Assembly (NCBI GenBank): GCA_012295275.1
Contig: CM022667.1
Location: 17,980,001 to 18,044,000, forward strand
Direction: 5' to 3'
Length of the DNA: 64,000 nt
Source of the DNA: Chrysomallon squamiferum
Lineage: Eukaryota; Animalia; Mollusca
Made by a program: the position numbers and the translations under genes. This document shows, piece by piece, positions 1-14,116 of this stretch; positions within the stretch are counted from its first letter, which is position 1; the number at the start of each line of letters is the position of its first letter. The notes beneath the pieces were generated by a model. The model saw nothing but the letters and a program-made list of their open reading frames with translations. It made no database searches and was not told where the DNA came from.

Positions 1-78
1 TGTTCTATCTGAACTTTTACTAAAAAAATAGGAAAAGTAATAATAAGCTATGAAAGAGTTAATATTAATGATACAAAC

Positions 79-2340
79 CTCTTGATCTATATTGGATGAG
101 GTAGTTTTCAGTGCTCTCATTTTATTTTCAAACTGTGAAAACTGTTTTGATGCTTGCTTTCTTTCACCTAAGTTGTATAAAAATACTGCATAATTCAATG
201 AGATGGCAGGATCATTTCTGAAAGTAAAAATAACCACAATTTTAATTCCACAAAATAAAAATAAATTTACAGTCTCAGTCTCAAATGATGATCTTAGTAT
301 GAATGTTAATGTGTGTATGTAAATATTAATAATAACGAATAAAACAGTGTATATATTTATAGAAGTGTTGATAATTAATTTTATGAATCCTGATTATTTG
401 TGTTCATTATCCACAGTTCCACTGCAACCAACTGATTAATTATTATCCCAAACACACCACAAACAATAAGCCACAGAAATTCACAAAAGTTAACTAACAA
501 AAAAAGCCCACAAATATTTTTGGAACATTTAGAATATTGGAAAATCATATGTCTGTAAAGCAATACACAATTAATATATTTTTAAGTGGTACTTACTGAT
601 CAAGTGTCAAGGCTTGTTCGTAGGCTTGACCTGCATTGTCTGGATCTTCTAAATGAGTAAGAGAAACTGAAAAATAAAAACTTTGTTAAATATTGATGCT
701 CAAGTTTTATACTGACAATCAATCAATCATACTCAAACTTGAATCTTTTAATATATCATGATATAATTTTTACCTTGAATGAATAATTAATTAGTTAATT
801 AGTACATTTTTATTTTCTTATTAGCAAAAATGCATTCATGTTATATTATATTATTATTATTATTATTTAAACAATCAGAAAATGTATCAGATTACGAGAT
901 ATTATTCCATTGTATGAATTACCTTCCTGTTGAAGATAAAATGAACAGAATGATGTTTAACACTTCTCATGATAAATAGCCTAAAAACAATTATAGTTTC
1001 TTTAAATATTTATAAATTATAAATAACACTTTGGTAAATGCACAATATCAGCTTTTACATTGGAACATAAATCAATCTATTGAAAATTAGATAAATTAAA
1101 TTATACTGACTTTAACAAAGCTGTTACAAATTAGCATTAAGGGACAAATTTCTCTATTATAAAACTGACCTGCAAGTAACATGTAGAGCTGAGCCATCTT
1201 TGGTTTGAAGCTGATGGCAGCACTGAGAAAATGGAATGCAGAAGCAAACTGCTGCATAGTTAAATGTACTAGACCCAGGTTATACAGGATTTTCCAGTCA
1301 AAGGGAGCAAGATAAACGGCCCTCTTCAAGCAACTGATTGCCTGAAAATAAAGAGGAAAAGAACACCAAATTTCACTTCATTCAAATGTAAACATGACAA
1401 AATTTATCACAATAATTTATGAATATTCTAATTTTTAAAATTTCTTTTGCTTTTATCACTGAGGGTTTTTGTTTTTTCTAACCAGGGGAGCTGCCTTGTT
1501 TAATTTTTAACTTTTTTTACTTATTAAAACCAATTAGAATAAAAAAAGAAATTTAATAAACATACTGCAACAAATTTCTTCTTGCCAAAGAAGCACATGC
1601 CAATATTGTTCCACAGCTGTGGGCTCTCAGGTGTATTGACTGCAGCAATTCTGTATTTAGTTAGAGCAACATCAAAATCACCATGGCTCTGCATCATACT
1701 TCCAGCAGCCATGATGGCTTTTGTGTGACAGGGGTCAAACGTCATTGCATTACCAAGGTTCTCAAAAGCTTTCTGATACTGTCCAACCTAAAAATAAATA
1801 TGAGGTCTTTTATTACACATATTCTTTATTTTTTAAATCTTGTTAGGTATAAGTTAAAATTTAGTGGATAATATCCTACTCACCTGCATATAAAGTAATC
1901 CTAATGTTGTTAGGAGATCAGGATTTTCTGGCGAAAAACTGCAAGTACAAATCACATTACAAATCAGAAACAATTTTGAGATCAGATTTCAAATAAAAGG
2001 AATATGGTTTAAACAGAAAATATTGATCAGTTCAAGTGCATGTGTGTGTGTCTGTGTGTGTTTATAACCATTCCAGTATTTTAATATGCTTTTCTATTTG
2101 TTTGCTACAAATAAAATGGTGAAATAATAATATTTACCTAACAGCACTTTTATAAATATCTATGGCTCCATTCATATCACCTTCCATCAAATGAATTTTG
2201 CCAAGCATAATATAAGAAATTTCATGACGTCTACATTCCAAGGCAGCATGTAAAAACTCCTTAGCCTAGAAAAAATTAAATAAAATTAGAATATTGTAAC
2301 CAGTTATTTGCAATTCCAGTCAATACTTAAAAGAAAGCAT

Positions 2341-2380
<40 letters not shown>

Positions 2381-5080
2381 CTTGTATTATTTTGTACACA
2401 TGCTTAACTGCATGATTTCCTTGTATAATTTTTACTTCTAGTATTTACCCTGTGATTAAATTAAATTAATGAACAGGTTATTTTCAATTTATGAAATGTT
2501 TAATGTGCATCAAAAGTAATTTCATATTAATACTGTTATATGCATTAAGAAATCAAAGAATTGGCAATTAGAAAATGTTTTTGAAACTACCTTGACAAAG
2601 TCTCCTAAATACATATAGCAAACACCTTGGTTGTGGAAGATTTCCTGAAAAGAAAAATGTCAATTTATAATGTAGCAAATAACAATAATACTTGTTAATG
2701 TGCATGCTGCTGTAGTCCATTTATGGTGTGAATCATTTAATAAAAATCGTAAAAACTATAAAAAGACTGAAGTGGTTTTATTGTGATTTCAACAGTACCT
2801 TTCCAAATTATGACACGTCATCCTCTACAATTTATATACATATATTTTTTTAGACAAACACACATACATCCCGATCCATTTCTGGAGAGAATATTAAGAA
2901 GCTTTAAAAGAATCCCTATTTATTTTATTGATTAACCTAATGAATATTATTATTTTCTTGCAGAGATAAATACAGTTATTAATTTAAAATCAGCTTTGTT
3001 GATACTGGAGAAATGTTCCTAATGTTTACAGTGAGACCTCTCTGAAAGTAATTAATTTGTTACCATTAATACTAAATACTTATTTAGTAAAATAATTTTT
3101 AATTAGGAAAATACAAAAATCTAAGATATACCCAGTCTTGTGGGGAAAGCTTCATGGCTTCACTGTATACATCTAGTGCAGCCTTATGTCGAGCAAGAAG
3201 AAACCTTAAACAAATCAAAATAGTACATGAATTCTGCAGATTATTGTTAAAATAATGAATTAATATTATAAATGAACCATAATTTCAAGTTGCACTCTCC
3301 AAATTTAAAATATAAATAAAGAGTATATGTTAAAAATAATGTACAATATATATATATATATATATATAACACACACATTTATAAAAAAAAATAATAATAA
3401 TTTATTTGTATGTATTTAGATGGAGACATCAGATATATCATATGCATTCTTTTAATATGATGTTTAGACTAAGTACACTTACAAAGAACGTGCAACCTGT
3501 TTTAGATGTTCGCAGCTCTGAGGATTAAGTAATGTACAGGTCTGAAACAGCTCAAGTGACTCCTTGATTCGTCCTTCTTGTCGTAAAATAAGTGCTGATT
3601 TAAAAAGATAGATATATATATACATTTTATAAGAAGAAACAAATGTTAAAACCCAAAATGAAGCTGCGTGAAGGAAGTAAATAATACTGTAAATGAAATA
3701 TTACAATTATTAATCTGGTCAAAGAAAGTGACACAAACTGATAAAGAAGTCAGCCAAACAACAATCAGTATATAATTTTAATGTAATTTACTAACAAGGA
3801 TGTGCTAGTAAAATTATATCCATCATCATCCAGTTTAATAAATAAAACATCATAATCATAAGTTTTGCATTTTGAATTATCATGAAAATGTTTTTATTAC
3901 TATTGTACCTTGAACATACACAGCATATTCACACATCCCTCCAGATTCAGCAAGCTGTTCTTTAATAAGTCCTTTACATGTTTCAAACTCCTTGCGAACA
4001 TAATGTAAGTGGATGAGCCAGTTCCGTCTTTCAAACACAGGAAGATCAGGAGCTAATTAGTATAAAATTAATTTTACATTATTAACATATTAAAGTAAAT
4101 GTTGTTTATTGTTTTTCTTCATTTTATTTTTTGCACTTTATTTTATTTTTTTTATTTTTTTTTTATTATGTTAGATGCTGTTTTATTTTTTAATAAAAAA
4201 ATAAATAAAACTGAAATATATGGTTTGTAAAACGAGCTAATCTGAGTTAGGAATGTAGAATTTATTTTGTAAGTAATCCTGCTATGATTAATTTACCTTT
4301 TGGAGGTTTTCGTTTAGGTGCTGGTGCAGGTACTTTGGCAGCTGGAATTTCTTTTTCAGGTGAATCACCATCCTGTTGTTGAAAAATATAAAATTCAAAT
4401 GTTTAATAAAGGTAATTTTTACTATTATATATTTGTCATCATTGTCACTAAACTTCATACTACACAGAAGCATCACTGCTGATGTTGATTGTTCAAAGTG
4501 AAATCATATCAATATTTACTGACATTTAAAAAACATAATAATTTGTCTAACTCCTTGAAATATATCTATTTTATTTTACATATATTAAAAATACATCAGA
4601 CAAGTCAGATAACTGAAGACACATTTTAAAATGTTTATTTCACGTTTGGACAAAGTAATTTCCTCAGTATTGAGGTAACTTAACTTAAAATACAAATAAG
4701 ATAAGGCATGATTTATTGTTCAAGGTTCTTATGGTAACCAAATAAAGCCTCTTCAGATATTCATATACGTGATAATCGCTATTAATACTCTTTATATATA
4801 TCAATTAATTTATTATGATTATTATGATTTTGTTCATTAATTTTGTTTATATTTATACTTTTATAGTCAACGATATATTTATTTTCATAATTTAGATTAT
4901 TTACGAAGTTACAAAAATCCAGATATCAGGATTTGTTGTAATTATTTTTTGGGCTCGTCAAACAGTCTACATTTAACATATTAAACTGCATAGTTTTTCT
5001 TTATTTACTCTTACATGTTTTACGTTATCTGGATTATTTTCTTCTTTTATTTCGGCTTCCAAAGCTTTAGTGTCAGCCAT
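79..5080 (-). CDS. BBS4: Bardet-Biedl syndrome 4 protein (BBSome TPR subunit); first 12 coding exons, gene continues past the left edge
   Basis: GT-AG exons read by hand: 5015-5080, 4297-4372, 3909-4052, 3483-3594, 3132-3204, 2591-2644, 2138-2265, 1884-1938, 1566-1787, 1170-1341, 597-666, 79-217. Phases are consistent. Translation includes [72 protein letters not shown] and [32 protein letters not shown], which I recognise as BBS4. Confidence 0.95.
4725..4738. promoter_or_regulatory. RFX X-box motif in BBS4 intron 1
   Basis: GTTCTTATGGTAAC matches the ciliary X-box consensus GTHNYY-AT-RRNAAC exactly. It lies ~340 bp downstream of the start codon of a ciliary gene. Confidence 0.6.
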
Positions 5081-5094
5081 TTTCAATAAAGGAA

Positions 5095-5205
5095 CGTAGT
5101 TCCAACAGCGAAGGTATTTCTTGGCCAATATGGCGTCGCGCAGGCGTACTTATTGCTTGACAGCTGTAACGATCTAATAGCGTAGAATTCGCGGGTGTCG
5201 CAATA
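5095..5205. promoter_or_regulatory. Probable BBS4 core promoter (CpG-rich patch)
   Basis: Short CpG-dense stretch in very AT-rich DNA immediately upstream of the BBS4 ATG. Contains CCAATATGGCG (CCAAT/YY1-like) and CGCGCAGGCG (NRF1-like). Confidence 0.45.
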
Positions 5206-5557
5206 AATGATTAAAATGAGTTTGAGAAGGAAATGTGATCAGAGAAACGACCTATGAACAAACCTACAAAAATAATAATGAATAAATAAATGAATAAATA
5301 AATAAAACAAAATTAAATCATTACAAAACATAAAGGCTGAAAACATGAAAATAAAAAACGGAAATATAACAAAAATCAAAACCAAATCAAATTAAATCAA
5401 GCTAATTAGATAATATCTTACAAATATTACACTTAACAATCAAATAATAATAAAATACAATCCAAAAACCTCTTAGAAAAAAAAAAAAAAAAACATGCCA
5501 TTCATTTAAACCCAACAAAACGTTTCAAATTAACGGGGAAATAGATGTCAAATTGAA

Positions 5558-5609
<52 letters not shown>

Positions 5610-6169
5610 CATACCCACGTATATCATTATAGCAAATAATTCTTAAACACCAACAATTTTTTTAATTGCTTTTTTATTATTATTATTATTATAATTTTTT
5701 TTTTTTTTTTTTATGTCTTTTAAGATTTAAAGAGTAAATAAACACTAGAGAAGTAACTTTAAACACTATATTATTTCTGTAAGTAACAAGTAATTTATCG
5801 AAGAAAACTATTTCCGTCCCAGAAAGCTGTATTTTCGTCAGTGACCCAGAATATCTTGCCATTATTTATAGTGATCACAATATATTGTATATAACTGGGA
5901 TAACTACCATAACTGGGGTAAATGAAGCCAGACACTATTTCCCTAGAGATTAAAATTAGTTAAATAAAATAGTTTTGATACAAACGTAAAATTAAATTTA
6001 GTCAAATATTCCATATACTAAAACAAAATATATTAAATAAGATTAAAAAAAAAAAATTAAAAAAATTAAATATTAGAGGAACACTATAATGTACGTTGCC
6101 AGCACATTAAGAAAATGTACTTAGCCAACTGGATTATTTCAGAATTTCATGAGAATCTCGAGTTTGAAA

Positions 6170-6185
6170 GGTTTGCCGACCCCTG
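6170..6185 (-). mobile_element. Isolated hAT-Charlie-like terminal inverted repeat remnant
   Basis: The reverse complement reads CAGGGGTCGGCAAACC, a typical hAT-Charlie terminus. I found no partner TIR. Confidence 0.35.
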
Positions 6186-7347
6186 TTGACAAAAAACAAA
6201 AATAAACAAATAAATAAAATAAAATAACAAACAACAAACAACAAAACAAACAACAATAGCAACAACAACAGCGAGGATATCTAGAGAAAGAATATTACCG
6301 ATGAATTCTAAGATATAAGAGATGCAGTGATTTAACCTGATTTTGGTAAGTTAATCAAATTAACCTCAGGAATCTTTCAGTGATATTCCTATGTCAGAGA
6401 AATAAACCGATATTTCTAGATGAACTTTCCGTCGCGGATTTAACTGAATTAACTTCACATTATTACTTCCAGCAAATTTATAAATAAATAATTACACATT
6501 AATCATTTTTAAGTCGGAAATTCATGCACTTCTTCTCCGGACACAAAGTGACAGTACCGATTTAAAAACAAGGGACACGTTTGTTGTGTGCTTTTTTGAC
6601 AAGAGGATTACGTACAGAATAAATGTTTTTTTATTTTTAACAACTTTGCATGGATAATATCTTGTGTAAAAACAAATGAACCAGAAATAAAATTTTACTT
6701 ATTTAAGATTCAACCATCGATACAGTAATGCCTTCTGGGACATTCAAGTTTGCCAGAAACAGAACAAGACTCAAATTTTTTTAAATGTGAATTAATAATG
6801 ATTCATAAATGTTTAAATAGTCCATGAATAGCCTCCGTTGTTTTATTGCCTATTTTTAATTCTTATGAGACATTATTATTTATATTTATATTGAAAGGAC
6901 GTCAAATTTCACAATTTGTTCAATTCTGGGAGAATGATCCTTATACATAGAGTCGGAAGAAAGGTAATTAATTCTCAATAAAAGCTTTATATTCTGTTAT
7001 CAACAAGTTATTTTTTATTTTAATTTTATTTTTTATTATTATTTTTTTTAATTATTATTATTTTTTTTTTTTTTTTTTTTTTTAATTCTTTTATACTCAT
7101 TATTAATGAAGATTGGACCTCAAAAACAAATAAATTGATAACCTGGAAGTATGCAGAGTATATTAAGCTTACTTATTTGTGTTATCATAGTACATTTTAC
7201 ATTTGATAGAAATAAATAATGAACACAATTTTCAAATTATCAGCATAACTGAGATATCTTCATTTGTTATTAACGTATGATGCTTTTCTCGATGATATCT
7301 TCATTTACGACGAAACTGACGACTACGATCATAAACAGCTAGGCAAT

Positions 7348-7349
<2 letters not shown>

Positions 7350-7404
<55 letters not shown>
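7350..7404. repeat. (CT)n microsatellite
   Basis: Perfect CT dinucleotide run. Other dinucleotide runs: (CA)n at ~2346-2376 and ~5560-5602, (GA)n at ~43774-43844, (TG)n at ~45527-45555. Confidence 0.95.
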
Positions 7405-7406
<2 letters not shown>

Positions 7407-8869
7407 GTGTGTTTGTGTAAAATGTAAAATTAACATTAAACTGGGATATTACTTATGTTAGTTAATTTTGTAACTACTATATTACTGACAAGGTATTTCT
7501 AATTTATTATAAAACTGAAATATTCTCAGGTAAAAAGTCAAAAAAAACATTTAATTTAAAAAATGGAATCACATTTTTCTTACTGATCGTAAAATTGTAT
7601 GTATTAAAGAATGATGACAACAGAAAGAGAAAATAATTGTATGATAACTGTACGAAAACTTAATTTGTGGAAAACCTTGTCATGTCAGTGAAATTTGATG
7701 CTCTTTCAAATAAAAAAACTGCTCCCACATTGTTGGTCATTTGACTAAAAAAAATGTTAGTCAACAGATAATCATATAATCACATCAATTAATATTTTGC
7801 TTATGTAAATAGCCTTCAATATATTTTCTTAATTGTCTTAATTATCTTCAGACCAGATACTTTGCGTGTGTGTGTGTGTGTGAATATTATCATGATGTGA
7901 ATCAGGCAATTTTTTATTCACTGCAGTAATATTTTAAAATGTTTAATTTCACTTGAAGTTGTAACCCAGGAGAGTAAATAAACTGAACGAGTTAGGGGAA
8001 TAGAAAAGAAGGGAGAAACGAAGGACAATTTGAAGGAATGGTTGACGTAGTAACGGATGATTACAGCGTTGGAAAACACGTCATTGCTTGACATTTGGCG
8101 ATGCAAACTGATACATATTTTTGTCATCTTTTTCAAGTGGAAAGTTAAAATATTTTCCTTTAAATCTAATTATTTTCACTTTTTCTTGCTTTCTCTAATT
8201 GTTTCATTGTTAATTCCCTTTCTTTCATAAACTCTATAACTCTTTCTGATTTATAATTTTGTCTTAAATCAGTTTTTTTTTTAGATGTTTCTGGCAGATC
8301 GCCATAATAGAAACTGACCATTATTGCATGCGTCATAGATACGATCACAGTTTTTTCGAAATACTTTATTAGATTGCTGGTTTCTTCGAATTCTCATTCT
8401 CTACACAGAACAACAAAGTATCTTGATAACAAAAAGCAAATATTTATCTATTTTCAGTTTTCCCCACACTATGAGCAAAATGTCTGCTATCTTGGTTGTT
8501 TTCTTAGGTAAGTAAATATTCTAAGTTTATTTAATTCCTTACTGACTGCATAATTATATTTGATATTGTATATATATGTCAACGTTTTTCAAATCTTCTG
8601 TTACCCATTTCACCACATTTCGCGATAAAAAACCAATTCTTTACTTTAAATAAAAAATTTAAAATGTGTTAATTTATATTATTTTTTTTTTAAATTATTG
8701 TTGTTATCTTTATTTAATTTATTATTAATAATTTTCTATAACAGAGTACAAAAATTAAAGGAAAACCTGGAGAAAATGCAAGTAACAGTCTGGTATTTTA
8801 CCGTTTGAATTTCACTTACAAAATTGGATCATTGGTATGTTAGTGGGTCTCGAAATTCGGTCATTATTC

Positions 8870-9110
8870 AAAAATGACTGTTGGAACAATATAAATACTA
8901 ATACTAAATACCCCAAATTTAGTGCAGCAGTTGAGCTATTTTGCTTGCATATCCATGTTCATTCGTGGATGGAGCTGGTTTTACCATGCAAATGCATTTC
9001 TAACGAAGCAGAGGTACAGAATGAACCTGGAAAAGCGTGATGGTTGAAATTCAACAATTTCCAACAAAATAACAAAGAACATCTTTCCCATTAACAATTC
9101 CAAGCCATTA
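8870..9110 (+). mobile_element. Degenerate hAT (Charlie/Buster-like) transposase C-terminal fragment
   Basis: Frameshifted translation gives YPKFSAAVELF..PCSF..GF.HANA.LTKQRYRMNLEKR, which resembles the hAT C-terminal dimerisation region (FP.SY.VE.GFS....LTK.RNRL). Several frameshifts are present. Confidence 0.6.
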
Positions 9111-9618
9111 AATTAAAAGCTAATTAATTTCTAATGTGTTTGAATAAACTAGCTTGTCATATTTGGTGTTCTTATCTAGCCGGTTCAGTCATAAAGTCAG
9201 CAAGAGTACGTCTACTAGATTGTATCCCGATTCTAAACAGTGAAAATCCGAGACTTAATCGCTGCTTAAAATGCGTGAGGCCTTGTTAGGGATTGTATAT
9301 TTACACTATTATTTCTTCTTTTTTTTGTCTGTTGGTATATGTGTGACGATGTTTCAGTGTGCGTGTGTGCGTGTGAGGGATGTTCGTATAGAATTTTTTT
9401 TTTTGGGGGGGGGAAATAATATAATACAGAAGCAATGACAAATCCCTAAAAAGACCTTGCTTCTGCTTCAGCTGCTGCAATCAGAATTCCGCTAGACGTC
9501 GCGCTTAAAATTGGTGGCAGGGCAGCAGAAGATGCAAGATATTTTTCAAGTCATGGAACCACAAACAATCCTGTGATGTTTAACCATATTTATTGGGACG
9601 GACAAAAGTACCTTGATT

Positions 9619-12600
9619 ATGGAGGTAATATTTTAAACTTATATTTATAAATAATAAATTATACAGGTAAATGTCGTCAATAACGATAGCGACCAGCAGT
9701 GGGTCAGGACACTTACATAATAATGACTGTTTCAGTGTATGATCTGTATCACTGTATCATGTATATATTCACTGTGTAACTCCAAAGACTTTTCATTAAC
9801 GGATACTTATTTTCTCCAGCTCTTGTCGTTATGAAACGTTGCAGTACTTCATAGCAGAGTTTTTTCCAATTTTAAACATTATTTCATAGATGTTTTCGGA
9901 TTTTTAATCATTTACTAAATTACTGATTTAGTGAATAAATTATTATTCAATTTATTGATATGTATAGACTGTGTGTGTATATATATATATATACAAATAT
10001 ATGATATAATGATATACATTGATTATAATGTATGTGTGTTTTATTTTTGAATACTTTTTAGGTGTTTATTACCTGTAGATATTTCTTTTCTTTTCTTTTT
10101 AATTGTTATTTTCTATTTTAATTTTTTATAATTATAATAATGAAAAAAAAAAAACATGAAGAAACTAGATAGTATTTTAATATATAAAAAGGTATATATG
10201 TATGTGCATACATATACACTATTTTATGAAAGATAATGTAATAATAAATAAGGTATAATCATATGTATATTCATATTCTTTTTTTTATATTTGCCAGTGA
10301 TATTTAGAAATATGAATTTATGTATTTTTACATGATTTTATTTTGTACCTACCTCACTGAAAACAATCCCTTTGTACATGTTGGCCTATACTTGATGGAA
10401 ACAGTAATATTTCACTGAGAAATTGCATATCACAAGGAACTGTTAAACAGTATTTGTTTTGATAGAAATATTTTCCAGGACCCTAAAAGCCTTCTTTTTT
10501 TCAATTATTTTTTATCTTGGGGTTTGGAAAATTGGATATTTTTGTTTGTTTGCTAAAAACTTAATATAGTTGTTTCAATTATCATATTTCATGCATAGAA
10601 TCTGAGAGAGATCAGGCCAGCAGAAAATAAATTTACTTCACTGATTTGATAACTAGTTGGTTTACTAATTCTCTTGGGCACCTTAATTAATGTAATGTTT
10701 GACAGGTGGTTTGGATAGCAAAGTTACTGAGCAGCACCCATAAATTTGACATAATATTTCTGTGAGATCATTTACTGATTTAGTATTCATAATTGTTAAT
10801 TTTGTATCTTTCTACTTCTACAATAACAGACCAACTGTGAAATAAAATGATTGATTTTAATTATAATAATTTAATTACTATAAAATGTTATCATTTTAAC
10901 AATTACTATTGTGACAGACTTTGGGCATTAATGGAACCCTTTTTGCCATTATAAAAATATAAGTCCCATTAACCTGAGGAACCACTGTTTATACATGTAT
11001 GTAACAGCAGTGAAATTGCACTGAACATAGCTGTTACTTTCACATCTATTTTAGGTATTGGTATAATAAAAAAGTCACTGATCAGTCAGTGAACATTACA
11101 GTAAACATATTTATTGAATAGATGCTAACATTATGATTATGAAGCAGTACATCACTGCAGAATATTTCATTGATATATGACCTTGTCATATTATTTATTA
11201 TTTATATAGTTAGTTCAGTGCTTTATTTATTAAATATTGTAAAGCAAACATAATTAAATATTGACTACAACAAAAATAATTACTAGTTTCTGCTTATTTG
11301 ACCAGAATAATATCATTGCACAAAAAGTTGGATTTAGAATTATAAACAACTGAGTGATATTTTAGCTGAACAATACTGACTTCAGTTTCTTTTTTTAAAA
11401 TAAAGACAAAATTGACTATATAAATTATAATGTTGCAATTTTCAGTGTAGTTTCTAGTGAGTCAGTTAAAATAAATTATTATTCCAACCTGCATGTTCAT
11501 GTTCATAGCTTGGTAAATCTGCTATAAGCCTTGCTAACGCAGCACTCACAAAGGAAAGAAATAAACATTGAAAGAACAGAAGAGTTTACAATATGATCTC
11601 ATTAGCTGTCATTAATGATACTGAACTGTGTCATGGATGTTTTCTCTTACTGGTACTTGAAATACTTTACATGTAATAATAAAAATTATTAGCTGTAATT
11701 TATACTTCTTTTTCTGTATATCTAATGACAGTGTGTTTTCAAAATCATTAATCATTTCCCAACTTAAATACTTCTTTGTTGTTATAGGCTGAATTACATT
11801 TGTTGATCTATCAAAGTATTAATCAAACAGCAACTTTAATATGTTGCAGGATTCTGTGAGTGGAGCAGTGGCTGCACTGGATGCTGATGCTTTGTTGTCA
11901 CTGCTTTATGATGAAGCATGTTTTGAAAAGGGTCCAGAGACAGAAGGACCTCCTATATTCAAAACACTGGAAGACCAGCTTCAGCACAATAAATCAATGG
12001 TAAATTTGCTTTAATTATTATTATTATTTTTTTTTTTTCAGATTATATTTCAATTACAGAATTCTGTTTTGAAAATGTTTCAGATTAAAATTTTAAAAAG
12101 AGAAATACTAACATTTTTTCATCCATTAAAAAAGATGAATAGAAGTTGTGTGTTTATGCATACATGCATACATACATACATATATACATACATAAACATG
12201 CACATGTGCACATACACATATGCACAAATAGTATTTTAGTTTTATAAAATTTGTTTTATCTTTATTCAGTTTTCAAAGAAACATGAATCTTAAAAAATTA
12301 TGCCTTGTGAAGACCTATTAAATGTTTTGTTGTAACCATTTAAATCAGCTTAAAATTTGGAAATGAAATGTTTTAATCCGTTGTAATTAATACCTGACTA
12401 GCTCCCACAAGACATATTTCTGACAGCAGTATTAGGCTTGATGAAGAAACCAAAGGACTTTTCTCAAGGAGCCCGGATGATTTATTTATTGAGAAATTTA
12501 GGTGCAAACATTCACATTCAAAATGAGGTATAAATATTTACATTAATACACTGTTCTTGTTTTCTTAACTTAATGCAGTTTAATGTGTTATTTACAATTG

Positions 12601-14082
12601 TTTTCATTTAACAGTAATTATTATTATGGTGATGATTTTTTCAGAGTTATTTACTGACAAAGGTTTACAGTCAAAAACCAGTCAAATAATAACTTAAGTC
12701 AGATAATATGTTGTCAGATATCAAAATGACTTTTTATTATAAACTTTTTTTAATTCTGAAATTATCCTTGATAAAGTGATTATAACTGGTGATGGAGCAG
12801 TTTTCTCTGAAATGATCCATTTTTAATCACTATTGTGATAAAAGAACAACAGCAACAAACCAATAGAAATTTGAAAATTTGTAATGGGTTGACTAACCCT
12901 GTTCTTTGAAAGATTAAAGAGCATTTTCATTTTTTTTAAAACAGTTTTAAAGTTTACATCATACTTCTTTTTACATTTCATTTTTAAAGATATAAGATAC
13001 TAACTGGTAATAGGTTAATAGCCTGATAATGCATACTAATCAACACAATCTAAAATATTATTTGATAGATCTGTTTTGAATACTTGAAACTATAAATCCA
13101 TGTTAATTTTAAATAACTGAGACATTATATATTTATTCCTTTATTCTATCTGATTATAATTATTAGGAAGGTAACAATGCATTGATGTTATATCTGAAGA
13201 CAGGAAAACTGCACCCAGATGTAGTGGAAGCTTTTCTGCGCTGTAATGCAGATGTTTACCATGCCAACAAGGTTTCATCTTTTACTTGTCTCTTAACTAA
13301 GTGTTAATATGTCTGTGTGTGTGTGTTATTTTTTGAATATTTACGTGTGTGTGTGTGTAGTATATACATATGGGTCATTCCATGTCAAATCACCCAATAG
13401 GTTAAACCCGACCGTCTCAGATTTTTATGAAACTTGGTATACTTGTTAACTGGGATCCCATAGAACCAGATCTGAAATTTTAGGCCAATTGGAAAATATA
13501 TTTTTATAACATTTTATATATATAAATATATATATATATATATGGGTCATTCCATGTCAAATCACGCAAAAAAACACAAAAATTACTGAATTTTGAGATA
13601 TTTGCAAAAAATGGGCATGACCACCAATCTTTGAACCCTCATATCTCAGGAACTACTGGGCCAGTCTTCATAAAATTGGTATTGTTGAAAAGGCAATATG
13701 ACAAGGATTCCAAGCATCCAGAACTAATCATTCAGGTTTTAGTTAATCAGATGTTAATGGCAGAAAAGGTGTTATTTTCATGGATGTGCATTTTTTAAAT
13801 CTATATTGTGGCTAAACAAAAAATATTACACCCAGGAAGCTTTTATATGTTTTAGTTAACCAGTGGGAGCTTAAATTTCAATAAAGGTCAAGGTCATAAA
13901 AAAGGTCAAAGGGTCAGTGACCCCAACAATAGTTTTTCAACAATACTAATTTTATGAAGATTGGCCCAGTAGTTCCTGAGATATGAGGGTTCAAAGGTTG
14001 GTGGTCACATCCATTTTTGTCAAACATCTCAAAATTCTTTAAATTTGTTTTTTAAATTTTGGGTGATTTGACATGGAATGAC

Positions 14083-14116
<34 letters not shown>

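Noticed and set aside
9574-9576. In-frame TGA as a selenocysteine codon
   Set aside because: I could not identify a SECIS element in the ankyrin 3' region and there is no redox motif context; kept only as a uORF observation.
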